A DNA stretch of 64,000 bases from Callorhinchus milii (taxonomy: Eukaryota), in assembly GCF_018977255.1 (NCBI RefSeq), contig NW_024704742.1, positions 21,578,001 through 21,642,000 on the forward strand, given 5' to 3'. The notes under the pieces were generated by a model. That model was not told the origin of the DNA and ran no database searches. It was given only the letters and a program-made list of their open reading frames with translations. Every line of letters starts with the position of its first letter. Position 1 is the stretch's first letter. The position numbers and the translations under genes were made by a program. This document shows positions 47,936 through 60,830 of this stretch, one piece after another.

Positions 47936-49796
47936 GTAAAAGGAGCAAACTTGACGTGACAAAATAACGTCTTACACTCCATTTCTTTCTTCTTCTGCAA
48001 TGTTCTTTTACAATCTTCTGCAACTGGTTTTATTTTCCTTACAGTGACCAATCAGTTAAAAACACATATTTGTGAGTCTATTTAAGTCTGACTTCTTACC
48101 GATATTTTATGCCCAGGGAGGGAAAAATTAAACATCTGATTTTTTGTCACGTGAACTGGGTCATTAAAGAGTCATTAATGATCAAACTGTAGGACAATAA
48201 AATGCAAGGTCACTCTAGATCACTAAAGCTGGATTTAAATAAAAACACTTGATTATAAACAAAACAGTTTACGATGAACAAGAATGTAGAACAGTGGAGT
48301 AATGCATATACATGAGTTCTATAAAATAACATCTGCAGAAAAGATTTTCTGGATAACATAATGCTAAAATAATGCTAACATTTTCACATTCGATGGAAGA
48401 AAGGTACAGTAACTATATTTTATTTGTAATATTTTAAAAATAAACGATGCTGTTTGAATTGTGTTACTAAAAGCTTGCCCAATTTGTCGAAGACTCCAAT
48501 GTTGCAAGCAATGCTGCCGTTTGTCTATGTCTGCAAATGTGATAACAAGAAATATTCAACTTAATACAGTGGATTAAGGGGTCAACAACTTGGAGGAGTC
48601 TGATATGGAGACAGCCTGATAGACTGATAGACGTCCCTCTGTTTAGAATCCATTTCCAGCAATCGCCAAAAAACAGATAGGGGTAAAATTCTGTGAAATC
48701 AACAAATGTCTGCATCAAAAGCAAACATTGTCCAAATGGATGGTTTATCTGGTGAGTTATTTTAAATATTTATCATATTGATGTGATGTTTGTGGGGGGT
48801 GTTATAGGGTGTAATTATCCGGAACTTAGGATGTCATCTGAACTCCTGAATGTGTTTACTGTCCTGAAAAGTTCTTGCCTACGTGTTATGCGATATTTAA
48901 CATACAGCAGTTTACATTATTTTAACAAATCAATATTGGGTCCTTTATCATTACCGCTGTTATACTAACTCCCTCATCCTATGAAGTGATGTTACCATCT
49001 TCAAAAGACCATGATGTCTGACTACTTAACTACAGTAATTTTATTGCAGTAATCCTCCGTACAAAAATACCATAGCTTATGTATTACACAGAATTAAGAA
49101 ATTCTGTGTAGCTTCGTTGGAGTCCAAAACATGCATTTGCACTATAATTGGTGGGAGGGAATTATATCACTCTATCATGGCCACTTATGTGGCACTTTCA
49201 TAACACTCAGCGGTGTGTCCTCTGCGAGTTTGCTGTCAGTGTTGCCACTGCACCTGGGGGATCTGAGCAGGAAATTGGCCAAACAGTGCCTGGAGGATAG
49301 AGGTCACAGGAGAGCTGGATTGATTGTTAGTTTTGTACTTCCTGAGGTGCCAAACAAAGTTGGGGTCTACTGTTTACTGCATTATATCCAAAGCCATGCT
49401 GGACTGAAGCACATTATAACAAGGCTGCACTATAACAGTCAGAGTGAGTGACAGGCTGCAATACAAGTTCAGATAATACTGACAAATCGCTTACATTTAG
49501 AACTTGTTCAGCATCTATATTTACTAAATTCAAATTAGATTTGCAAGTCTGTCCATCAATCATCCATCTTTCACCAATGGTACTATCAGTCATCCCTTAA
49601 ATTACCCACCCACGTAGATCAATTATATCGTCACAAAGTGTTGGATGTTGTATGCCAAATGTTTGTCGTTACAGCTATTGAGTGTATTTGTTTACAAACA
49701 TGAAAACTTCAGCTCAGTAGCCCAACAACCCTGGAGGTATCATTGTTGCGTACATGGTCAACTGGAGCAAATCATGAATTTCTTATTAAATTAAGT

Positions 49797-50005
49797 CCAT
49801 CTGGAATGCATTGCCTGAAAGGGTGGTGGAAGCTGATTCGATAACAACTTTTAAGAGAGAAGTAGATCATTATTTGGGGACGACGAGTTTGCAGGGCTGT
49901 GGGGAGAGCGTGGGGAGTGGGCTTGAATTGGAAAGATCTTTTCAAAGAGCCGGCACAGACACGAATGGTCTCCTTCTGTGCTGTATAATTCTATGATTCT
50001 ACGAT
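49797..50005 (+). mobile_element. CR1 LINE 3' end
   Basis: WNALPERVVEADSITTFKREVD; attctatgattcta tail. Confidence 0.88.
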
Positions 50006-51339
50006 ACTTTGATACGCATCTCACCTAATTGATCAAAGCATCTTAATTCATCGTTAGATTTGTCAGCAAATGTCAGAAGCATAACAGATGCCAAAAGTCT
50101 CTAAATACAGCATTGCTTAATTCCAGAATTAAGTTTCCAACCAAGTGATAATTATACGATTGACCCTTGAGGCCACCAATTACATTACTAAGCAATTCAA
50201 TGTATACCCAGATTTTGCATGCATCAATTTCACAGAGCTTTGTTCTTTATGGAATTCTGTGACACCCATAAAGATCAGACCGGTTGCTGAAGGCTGTTCT
50301 TCATGGGTGTTAAGAACTTCAAAGTATATGCACAGAACAAAGGGAATGCTCTTGTCTGAAGTCAAATGCATGGCTGCAGGTTTCAATACTCAAGTCAGAT
50401 GAATGTGTTCCATCATCATTAGTCTACTCCATGTGTACAGGAATGTCTATTTTGTGGTGGTTAACTCTATTGCCCAGTTTACTGCCTAGCTATTCCAGTT
50501 CTATCACATAATTTGCTGATTATTTGTTGATTTTTTTTCTGGATTCTGTGGACCATTACTAAATGTTGCAAGGGAATACTGATTAAGAAAACTGAACTTA
50601 AGTCAACACAAAATACCTAATCCCAAAATGGGTATCAATTGTTAAAGGAAGTGAAAAGATGATGCAGAAGTATTTTTCTGAAATTCTCCATAGTTAACCT
50701 GAATCCTAAGAGATTTTTTAAAAACAAAATAGAAGAAGAGTCTGAACCCTAAAGATTATAGGATCTCATGGACCATATGCTGGTTTGTGCTCACCAATCC
50801 CTAAAACAGATGAGAATGAGAGTACCCAATTGATATCATTTCTGTAAGTCACCCAGAGTTTCAGATGAATTGTGGTGAGCTATGATGTTTTGCTATCTCC
50901 CCAAGAATCCATTACTGAATTGCTTTTTTCTACTTAACTATTACAAATTAGAGAAGGGAAAATCTGGGAGTGAAATTTTGCTTGTAATAAGCGTACAGTT
51001 TTAACAGTGTGCTTGAATAATGAGAAGCATCTCTCTCAAACTCTGGAGAGGACACAAGAAATTGTTTGATGTCTAAAAGGTGGTCTATCTGTCAGCTCTA
51101 GGCCGACATTTTATCTCTCTCGCTTTCTCTTCATAATTAAATTTTTCGTTTTTATTCTACCAATATTGCCATGAATATTGTTCCTCTAAACTCTCCTTGT
51201 CCCATTGTCTAAAACAGATTGCTCTACATATTGTTCTTTCACCTTCCTTCACTGTGTCAAAATTTTGATCAGAATATACTAGGGGTATCTTGTACTAGTC
51301 TCACCACCCCAGTAAAAGGGTGCTGCCCGGCATAAAGGA

Positions 51340-51455
51340 GATGGGAAATGACTAGATAAGATATGGATGTTCAGCCTCGGAAAGAACAATCTCAGATGGG
51401 ACCTTGTAGGGGAATATAAGATGCTAGAAGAGGTAAAGAAAATAGACTGAGAACC
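51340..51455 (+). mobile_element. CR1 ORF2 fragment
   Basis: Remnant of LDK..MFSL....LRWDLV..YKML. Confidence 0.55.
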
Positions 51456-51854
51456 CAGTTGTGCATTGATGGCACCCCAGCACCTCCTGTTAACTACGCA
51501 AGGTGCATCAGTCTCACATTTTGCCTTGTGCAAAATAAAATTTTAAAAAAGGGTCGGAAACTCTGACTGTCCAGGGCCTTGGGATGTCCTCCCGACGGGA
51601 AAGGCGCTATACAAATGTAATGTTGTTGGTGTTGATGTGCTCTTCTGGTTGGTTGCTGTCTTCTCATGATAAAATAGCAAAAAGCAGAAACTCATAGTAT
51701 CATGAGTGGTAACCCATAACCATGATAATTCATGATACTGTATTCTGGTGCCCCCTCAAATGCTTGTGACATTATTAAGTTTCTGTGGAGAAAGTTGAAA
51801 TCTCTCTCCCTTCCCTCTCCTTGAAGACATTGACTAATGGTGGCATGCTGTTTC

Positions 51855-52010
51855 AATGTCACTGACCACCCTCCAATAGGCATCTTGCAGAAGTGGTTAT
51901 TCTTCATGTGTGAGTCCAGCTCAATAAGTCTCCATAAGCTATTGGGCTCATCACAGCTATGGCTGATCCTGTCCTCACTCATTTTCCACATATGCACAAT
52001 TTTCTACTCA
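51855..52010 (-). repeat. Dispersed repeat C
   Basis: catcacagc..gatcctgtcctcac shared with about 59710-59740. Confidence 0.55.
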
Positions 52011-52368
52011 AAGTTGTGTGCATTTCATTCCAGGCAGTGCTTCAGCCAGCGACACAGTTAGGCGAGCCAAAAACCTATTGGTTATTACTTATTTCTATTT
52101 GTTGAAGTTGGCATTGTTGCCACAATCCTATCCTGTGAACTATCGTTTGTAAAAGTAAATTTTTTGACAATAGTTGATGATAGCATTGGTTTATGAGCTG
52201 TTAAGGAAAATATAATTTGATTCTGAACCCAGGCTTTCAAACATTTTTAAATAAGCAGTGTCTTATTTTTATCCAGGAATATTTCTCGCCTGTCAAAATT
52301 AGTGTTCATTATTAACTGTTTGCCACTAATACCCAACACTGTACGTAACAATGCATGCTTGATCTCAT

Positions 52369-52676
52369 GGAGTCCTGTAGCTCAGTGGTGAGAGCACTCG
52401 CCTTGCAGAGACCTGGGTTCGATTCCCTGCAGGGTGAAACCTTGGGCAAGTTTTCTTACTCCATATGCCTGATAATAATCCCTCAAGAAAAAAAACAATA
52501 ACAATTTGGTCACACAATCCACGACTGTTTGTGGGACACTGCTGTGCGCAATTGGCTGCTGCGTTTCGCCCACAAATATACAGTAAATTCACTTTACAGT
52601 ATATTCTGTGAAGTGCTTTGAGATGTCTAGAAGATGTGATAAGGCGCTATATCAAAATGCAAGGATTATTATGATT
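52369..52676 (+). mobile_element. SINE family A, short variant with intact Pol III boxes
   Basis: Box A tagctcagtgg 52378-52388, box B ggttcgattcc 52416-52426. Confidence 0.9.
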
Positions 52677-52869
52677 AAACCCGTACATTTTGCCTTTTCT
52701 TAACAATTATTTATTTGTTCAAACAAGATCAGGGAAAACTGTTGTGTTCGTCACTTTTTCTCCTCCATCTACTCATTACCTCTTTACCTTTGTTCTCCTT
52801 CAAGTACACAGTTCCTCCACTTTACAGTATATTCTTTGACGTGCTTTGAGACTTCCTGCTTCATCTCAA

Positions 52870-53580
52870 AGCACTTCAAAATGCTCAAACTTCATTTTAC
52901 TCCATCATTATCCTGGAGGCCCAAAACGATCCCAAGCTCCTGTTTTCCACCACAAATCACCTCCTCAGTGCTTCTCCTCAAGCAGCCTCCATTCTCACCT
53001 CAGATGCCAAATGTGAAGGGGTCCTGGACTTCTTCACATTGAAATAGACAATATTTTCTTGGTCAATTCCTCTTCTTCTGCCCCCCACCCCTCCCCCACC
53101 CTCCCATCCCTGCCTTACACCCTCTACCCCTCCACCTTGTATTCCTATTTCCTATTCTCTCTTCTACTGCCCCAAACACTTTTCCTTCTATACACTCCTT
53201 TGCCCCCATTTCTACTTCATCCTTCAAAACCCTCATCAATCAGATGCAACCTACTACCTGCTCCCTCGACCCCAAACCCACCCAGTGTCTGCCCACCCAC
53301 TGCCGCTCCTCACCCCCCATACTGACGGACATAGTCAACCTGTTCTTCCCCTCCAGCACCAACCCGCTCTCCCTTAAAATCACAGTCATCATCCCTCCCC
53401 TCAAAAAAAACCTTAATCCATCAAACATTGCTAACTACCTGCCCATTTTAAACCTGCCCTTACTTTCTAAAGTCCTGGAACACAATGTTGCCACCCTAAT
53501 TCTCTCACACCTTTCTTCCCACTCACTTTTCAAGCCCCTCCAGTCTGGGTTCCACTCTGCTCACAGCATTGCGAAAACAG
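52870..53580 (+). mobile_element. Old L2 LINE, N-terminal RT region
   Basis: ORF 53244-53645: PPLKK.LNP..IANYLPILNLPLLSKVLE..LQSGFHSAHS. Confidence 0.85.
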
Positions 53581-53832
53581 TAACAAATTACATTTGGGCA
53601 GAGCCATTCACATTGGGAGGATGTCCCAAGGTGCTGGACAGTTAGGGATTTGGACCCAAACAGGGGGCTGGGATCAGGAGGGGTGGAGGGCAGAGAGGGT
53701 AGGGGTATACGGGTGACCGAAGGTACGGTTGAAAAGACATGTCTTGAAGGAGGCAAGGGAGGGAGCAAGGCGAAGGATCTTTAGGATGGAGATCCAAAGG
53801 GTGGGGGCAGAGAGGCTGAAGACCCAACTGCC
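53581..53832 (-). mobile_element. L2 3' end nested antisense in the older L2
   Basis: Reverse complement of the L2 3' UTR and tail as at 32700-32857. Confidence 0.75.
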
Positions 53833-54053
53833 TGCTTGTCTGACATTGACGAAACGGAAGCCATTGCTCCCTGGCTCCCATCAATGTCTTCTCACCTGCG
53901 GTTCGGAACTCTTTAATCTTCTCTGTCTTTCCCTCAGACCCACCGAACCTGTGTACAGCCTTGGCGTCAGGTTGAATCACCAGATATCCTTCCTACCCCA
54001 CATTCAGCCTCTGAAGGCATGAAGGAGCTATCACAAATGCAAGTTGTTGTTGT
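53833..54053 (+). mobile_element. Deleted L2 remainder with tail
   Basis: PVYSLGVRL..QISFLPHI, then tail gcaagttgttgttg. Confidence 0.7.
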
Positions 54054-54579
54054 CCTTTTGACATGAAAGGCACTATACAAAATATTGAATAAAGATGTTA
54101 TTATTATTATTATTTCCTGCAGAACCTTCACATTTCCTGTCTGTCAGTTCTTCCCAGACATAAGCCATAACTCCAAGACACCTTTGTTGGCCTATTTGAC
54201 CTAATTCGGATTCTAATACATTGCAAGCATACCTAACCTGCCAATCATACTTTAAAAGGAAAGAAAGAAAACAGAAATTAAGAAAAGTAAAACAACAGGA
54301 CATTAAATTGAGTTTGAAATGCTGACAGTTCATCAGCTTTCCATTGTTGGTCCTTGCTGATTAGGCAATGCAATGAAATTATATTCTAATTTCTCCTCCA
54401 AAATATTAAAAATGTTCCGCTTATAGGAAAACCGAAGAGATCGGTGTTTTCATAATTTCGTGCTGCCTTACTTCCATGAGTAACATTTAAATGGAACACC
54501 ACAAATGACATTTGTTTAATTATAATAAGGATTCATAAACATTTCAAAGGTAAAAACAATTAAGATGGAGACCCATAGT

Positions 54580-54720
54580 AATTTATAGCACAGCAAAAAG
54601 CCATTCGGCCCATGGTGTCTGTGTTGGCTTCCTCAGAAGCAATCCTTTCAGTCCCGCTTATCTGACCTTTCCTTATATTCTTATAGCTGATTCTTTTTAA
54701 GGTATTTGTCTATTTCCCAC
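54580..54720 (-). mobile_element. CR1 3' tail fragment
   Basis: gccattcggcccatggtgtctgtg. Confidence 0.6.
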
Positions 54721-55110
54721 GTAAAGAATAAAAACAATTTTTTAAAAAAAGTTTGGGTTGTTTCCAGCCACCTGGCAAATTACCCACTACTTCATTTATC
54801 AAAGCAAAATTGCAGATAGGCAGCACGATTTTTTATTGTAGCCCATGAATGTACCAAACTTGACAAATCACATTAATTTAAAACGTTAATCAGTAAACCT
54901 CCTGGTAAATTTCATGTGACACATGGATTCTATCCAGTCATCACAGGATTGGTTTCTCCAGAAGTTGGAGTCATAAAAGAGTGAGAATAGCAAGACTGTG
55001 TGCACTGGACAATATCTGTACTGTACATACGAACAAAACTGCTTGAACTGCAGAGATTAACATGCGCGGTTTATCAAAAAAAGGGGGAAAAAACACAAGG
55101 AGGGAGAGGG

Positions 55111-55305
55111 AATAAGAGAAAACTGCTGACAGACAGGTCAGCGAGGTCTGTCAGGAGGGAGTGGCTGAGTCAGGGAGAGGAAAGAAAACTGCTGACAGGC
55201 CGGGCCAGGCCGGGATGGTCTGTGAGGGGGGAACCATTCAGTCAGAGAAAGGCAATGAGAGAAAACTGCTGACAGGATGAGTCAGAAACAAAGGAGAAAC
55301 TGAGC
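55111..55305 (+). repeat. Degenerate tandem repeat (about 66-77 bp units) carrying Maf/AP-1 motifs
   Basis: gaaaactgctgacag at 55118, 55184, 55261; tgagtca at 55166, 55278. Confidence 0.75.
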
Positions 55306-57039
55306 CGGGAAGATTGCATTGACTTCAAGATAAAGACAACAAGGTTGCTTATTTTTTACTGGGTCCGTCAAGGGTACAGTATAGGACCAGGAAAGGGAGT
55401 TGTTGTCATAAATATTCTAAAGGTAAACATATGTTTCACATGGTATTCTTATAAGTGTGTAATTGAACTAATTCATTATCATAACAGATATGGCTTAAAT
55501 TATTACATTACATTGATATCTTAGAATCATGCGGTATCCATTACAATACAGAATTTCCCACATAACTCAGAACATTGTAAGCATATTTTCATAAGTGGGA
55601 CAGAAAGTGTTGCTGTGGGCTACCCACACTGTCCGTTCAGCTCTGCTTCTGGAGGTGAATCTAACAAAAACATATGTGGTATCATTTTAAGGGAGATGGG
55701 AGTGAGCTTGGTCAGACTCAACCAGAGGGAAAAAAGCACCTGTTTTGCAACATTGACACTCAGCCAAAATGAAGACAAAAATATAATTGTCTGTATAAAT
55801 TGAAAGAGCATTGAGCCCATTACAGTGCCACCATAACTCCCTAGCATTGATGCAGGCTTCACCAATAGTAGTTACAGATACAGGTAGCGAGCCAGAATGC
55901 AACTAACTACCACTGCTGTTTCTTCAGCTCAGGCAGCAACTTTTAGGTCAAGAACACAACCACAAAGGAGAATGGCAGCAGGCACAATAGGCAAGAAGAA
56001 CAGGTGCACACTTTGAACACAATCGTAACATTATATAACTAAATACAGTAATAATAATAATCTTTGCAAAGAACTTCACAGAATATACTATAAAATGGAT
56101 TGTGTATTTTGTGTATATATAAATATAAATATATATATATAGTTGTGTGTCATTCTTTAATTTGCCATAAAGTAAAGGGCTCAAGGATTTCATTTCTAAA
56201 GGAGTAATTATTGAAGATTTTGAAAAGCTAACTTTAAGATTGAAAATGGAATACAAGTCAAGTGTGACAACACTGTTTCTCTGCAAGCGTCAAAGAATGA
56301 TTTGCATGTCCATTTGTTCTAGGACCATGTGCTGCAGCAAGTAATAGTAATGCCAGTTCACATATTATGTACATTGTAGAATGTCATGCACTATAGATTA
56401 ATATTAGTGATTTCCTGGGCATAAGAACTGTTTGGCAAACTGGTGTTATCTCAGTGCCAACTATTTATGCAAAGAGATTCCTTAAGAAGGGATCAGAGCA
56501 ATTTATGTGAAATTTGGGGATTCCATCTCTTTATAGTATGGAAAAACATGGGATGGCTCCTTGTTCCATCCATAAAATTGTGTATTCACTTCATGACTGT
56601 TTGTGGAACATTACTGTGTGTAAAATTACACTGTTGCTACACTTTACAGAAAATTCTCTGAAAGCGCCATATCAAATGGAAGGATAATTACTAAGTCATC
56701 AATGGCTTAAGCTGCATTAGAGTAAGACAGAAAAACAAATCCTGTATTTAAGGTCATTGAAGCCTAGATATTCCCTTTAGATGCCTCAGAGAAATACTGA
56801 ATATGTGAATAGTGCAAATTACCCTTAATTGACCCACATCTATTTAAACCCCAAAAGCACAAAAAATAATTTGACAAACTAGATCATCTTAGAGTAATAT
56901 TGTCATTTCAAATCCATGGAGACCAACAGGCATTAGAAAAGTGTCCTACCAAAAAATCAACTATATTTCCTTGACGATTCCATTAAAAGATATTCAAATC
57001 TTTTTTACAATATGTTCTAGTTTTTTACAATATGTTATA

Positions 57040-57152
57040 CCCACAAAATATACAGTCAATTCACCTTACAGTATATTCTGTGAAGCGCTTTGAGACGTCT
57101 CAAAGACATGTTAAGGCACCACATCAAATGTAAGGATTATTAATATTATTAT
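57040..57152 (+). mobile_element. SINE tail fragment
   Basis: Shared tail. Confidence 0.8.
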
Positions 57153-57899
57153 TACTCTACTACTCCTAAAATTGTTGTGTGTGAATCTAGACTTCAGGAT
57201 AAATTAGCCTATAGCGGGGAAATAAACTGATAGCTTTTCAACACATACTGTCCTGTTTGGACCAGCCTATCTGTATTTATCTTGGCTTGCATGGCTTGAG
57301 GACACATCTGCAACTCCGAATCTGCCTTGAATCGCGGCAGGCTTGCTTGGTTTTGCCAGACAATTTTCCTCTGAGAAAATTCAGGATTGGGAGAGCCTAT
57401 TTGCCTCAACCGCATCCCTCACTAGAATGATACACTTTTAGCTACCATTTTATTGGCCTTATACGTGTGAAAGGCTGAGTGGACTCATTGAACTTCAAAC
57501 CTTCCTGTCCCTGGTTTGACTGAGCTAATTCAAGTGTATTGTCATTCCTATAATTCTCTTAGCTTTCATCTTAAACTTTTAACTTGATTGTTGCACCTAC
57601 CCTAGAGTATCCAGAGAAGAACCATGAATATGTTGTGTGTTTTTGAATTGAAAAGAGTTTATTGAAAAAGCAAGGTTTCGAAAATCTGCTTAAGGCACAA
57701 TATCTGCTGGATATTATGGTTCTCCTCAGACTTCATGTGGAGAAATGTAATACAGGAGAATGTGAATAGAATCATATTGGATTATCAATCTAAGGAATCA
57801 TAGAACATGCACATTTGGTGACATCCAAAAGAGGTTTGGGATCCATGACAATATAATATTTCCATGTTATCCACTAATTTGTTCTATCCACTTTTATGC

Positions 57900-58217
57900 A
57901 GGTTAAAGCATTGTTTGCTTGAGTGTTTGCAACCCACAGGCAGTCATAAAGTGTATGATCAATTTTAACTGGGCAATTATTGGCCAGGATACTCCCTTCT
58001 CGAATAGTGGCATAGAAATTTTTAACAACAGCTAAAGATAGAAACTCGGTTTAAAATGATCCAAATGGTGGTTCCTTCAATAGTACAGTATCACATCATC
58101 CCAACACTGTATTGGAGTGTCAGCCTAGACTATATGTTCAAAGTCCCAACATGGGGTTTGAATCTGCAACCTTCTGCCTCTGAGAAAAATATACTCGCAA
58201 CTAAGCCAGGCTGACAC
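57900..58217 (-). mobile_element. Family B SINE
   Basis: Reverse complement of core and head. Confidence 0.75.
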
Positions 58218-58319
58218 GTATAAAGAACTGGTATAAAGGAACTGTCGTTGAATCTATAAAGTTAAGAACATTGTATGACTAGCACCTGTTCCGATGTTGT
58301 CCAGCCAAGTAGTGCTGGA

Positions 58320-58753
58320 CAAGATCCTCATCCTCACCTACAAGGCTATTCATGGCCTTGCTCCCTCCTACCTATCCGACCTACTATCCCCCTACCTACC
58401 TGCCCGTACCCTCCGTTCCTCTGGCTCCGGTCTGCTCCACATCCCCCGCCCCAACCGCCCTACCATCGGTGGCCGGGCCTTCAGCCTCTCAGCCCCGAGG
58501 CTCTGGAACTCCATCCCCCAGTGCCTTCGCCGCCTCCTCCCTTTCCTCCTTCAAGGCCGGTCTCAAGACCTTTCTCTTTGACCGTGCCTTCAGCTCCCCT
58601 CTCAACTCTCTACCCCCCCCTCGCTCCCTCCCTTCCCTCCCCCTGACCATTTCCCCCTTGCTCGGGTCCTGACCCAACTGTACAGCGCCTTGGGACGTCC
58701 TCCCGACGTGAAAGGTGCTCAATAATTGGAATCTTGTTGTTGTTGTTGTTGTT
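58320..58753 (+). mobile_element. Young 5'-truncated L2 LINE
   Basis: KILILTYKAIHGLAPSYL..RLWNSIP; close to 32423-32857; (TTG)n tail. Confidence 0.95.
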
Positions 58754-59689
58754 GCACAAGTCTCATGCCAAAATCAGATGTTTCGTTTACATCAGCATAA
58801 ATTCTGAGTGATGTGGAATGGAAAGTATAAATTAGACTTTGTTTCCAGCAGTATAAATGGAATATAAATAGGCTACGAGAATATTCCCTTAACAAGTCTT
58901 TGAAATGTAACCTGTCCCCAGTGGTATGAAAATAAATCAAGGTGAAAAGCATACCCTTGAAATAATATTGATTAAAAGGAAAAACGGTGAATGTTGAAAA
59001 AATGCTCCAAATGGTCAAACAGCATCTGAAAGAGAAAGATAAGTAAACATTGTGGAGTGGTACTTTATCAAAACCCCCAGATAATGTTATTGCAAAGTTC
59101 TCAATAAATGTAGTCTTTCACCTCTACATTGCCATTCAATGTCAACTTGTCTCAGTTGGTAGCTAGGTCAGAAGAATGCAGATACAAATCTCATGGCAGG
59201 ATTTGAGCTCACAGTTCAGGCTGGTACTCTAAGGAAGTACCAGAGAGGGGGGGGGGGTATTGTCATTTACTCTATCCTATAAACTAACAAGACTACATAT
59301 AAATAGATATTCTCATCATAATCCTCCAAGTGTGATCTTAATACAATTTTAGAGACTGTCCATGTTACCTCCTTGAAATTAAAGACAATGGATTTAGTGA
59401 CACAACCGAACATTCTGTTTGCCTTAGCAATTGCTACCAAAAAAAATTCAATGATTTGTCAATTATCACACCCCAAATATTGTTCTGAGTTACTTAATTT
59501 ACACTCTTTGTTTTGCAAACATGTTTATAATTGCAAAGGACTGTATCGTATTTCATGAAGTATAGATAATGTGCATTGCTGGAACAGGTTCACAAAAATG
59601 TGTATAGTTCTTGTATTTTTGTGAAAGCAGCTGATGAGGTTTTTCTTTCATCTGCCCAGCTGTTTAATGTTGGAGCGAATTGTCGTCCC

Positions 59690-59910
59690 CTTGCCTCCGA
59701 CTGTGGGGAGCATCACAGCCGACACCAATCTTGTCCTCAAATGATATCCAAACACTTACTTTCCTGGGGTGGGGGTGCAGGAAGAGGGCAGGAGGTAAAG
59801 GGGCATCAGTGAATCGTGATCAAGAACAGGAACCATGGCTGTGATTTTTTTCACACTAAGCTAAGGTACACGATACTGCTTCACTGGCTGAGATCAGACC
59901 AATCTGAACC
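59690..59910 (-). repeat. Dispersed repeat C
   Basis: Similarity to 51855 and reverse similarity to 37980. Confidence 0.55.
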
Positions 59911-60146
59911 TACATCTCTCTGCTCTGGGCAGCTCAGTGGTACTCCAGGCTATCTGCAAACTAACACTTTAAACTTATCACACCTACATCACACCTTAAT
60001 ACATATAAGAAATGGTAGCAATCTGCAGACCTGTCTCTCATGGATTCCAGAGGTCACAGCCAAACAATTCAAACTATTACTATCGATAACAATGCTGTTT
60101 TTCCTAATAATTTAGTCATCAATTCAATTTGCAACTTCATCTCAAA

Positions 60147-60393
60147 CAGGGTGATCAGACTTATAAAAAATCACAGATTAAAAAAAAATTGAACTCACCA
60201 CAATTCTTGATGCTGGCAGTACTGGAGAAGTTTGTTTGATTAATGGCTGTATTCCTCCGATGAGTGTATCCATTTAGAATTTTACTATTCTTGCTCAGTT
60301 TGTTGCTGAACTCAAGACAGGGCAGATTTGGCCCCAGGGACAATACCTCATCCGGGGACTGTTCCCGGAAATCGGGGACATATGGTCACGCTA
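60147..60393. mobile_element. Non-autonomous hAT (Tip100-like) element
   Basis: Ends cagggtgatcaga / tatggtcacgcta; flanks atctcaaa and atctcaga (7/8, 8-bp TSD-like). Confidence 0.6.
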
Positions 60394-60654
60394 TCTCAGA
60401 TCCTATTAATATTTCACTGCAGCCAAAGGTCTCCTATTAAGAACAAGGCATTTCAAATCAAAATGCTCTCTGAAAGTCAACACGTAGAACAGCTGCAATC
60501 CCAACGCTACCAACTGTATTACAGCTTCAAAGAATTCAAGTACGTTTGTGAGGTAAATCATACAATTTATAAATTCATTTGGATTCAAACTTATTAGGAT
60601 CTATCATATGCCTGTGACTAAAAATAATGATTTTTTATTTATTTACAAAACAAT

Positions 60655-60830
60655 TTTGTTTGGTCAGCCGAGTATCTAACACATGCGGAAACCCATCACC
60701 ATGCTTAAGAGTATCCAAACCAAATTGAGATTTCCAAGTATCCCACCTACACATGGAAATCCCAGCAATAGATTGCTGCAATGGAATGCGCACTCTCTCC
60801 ATGGAGGGACACATCCTGCTTACCTAATCC
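60655..60830 (-). repeat. Dispersed repeat D
   Basis: Close match to 42302-42480. Confidence 0.8.

Noticed and set aside
55111..55305. CRISPR-like repeat-spacer array
   Set aside because: Only three 15-bp repeats, spacers are related to each other, vertebrate context and no cas genes.
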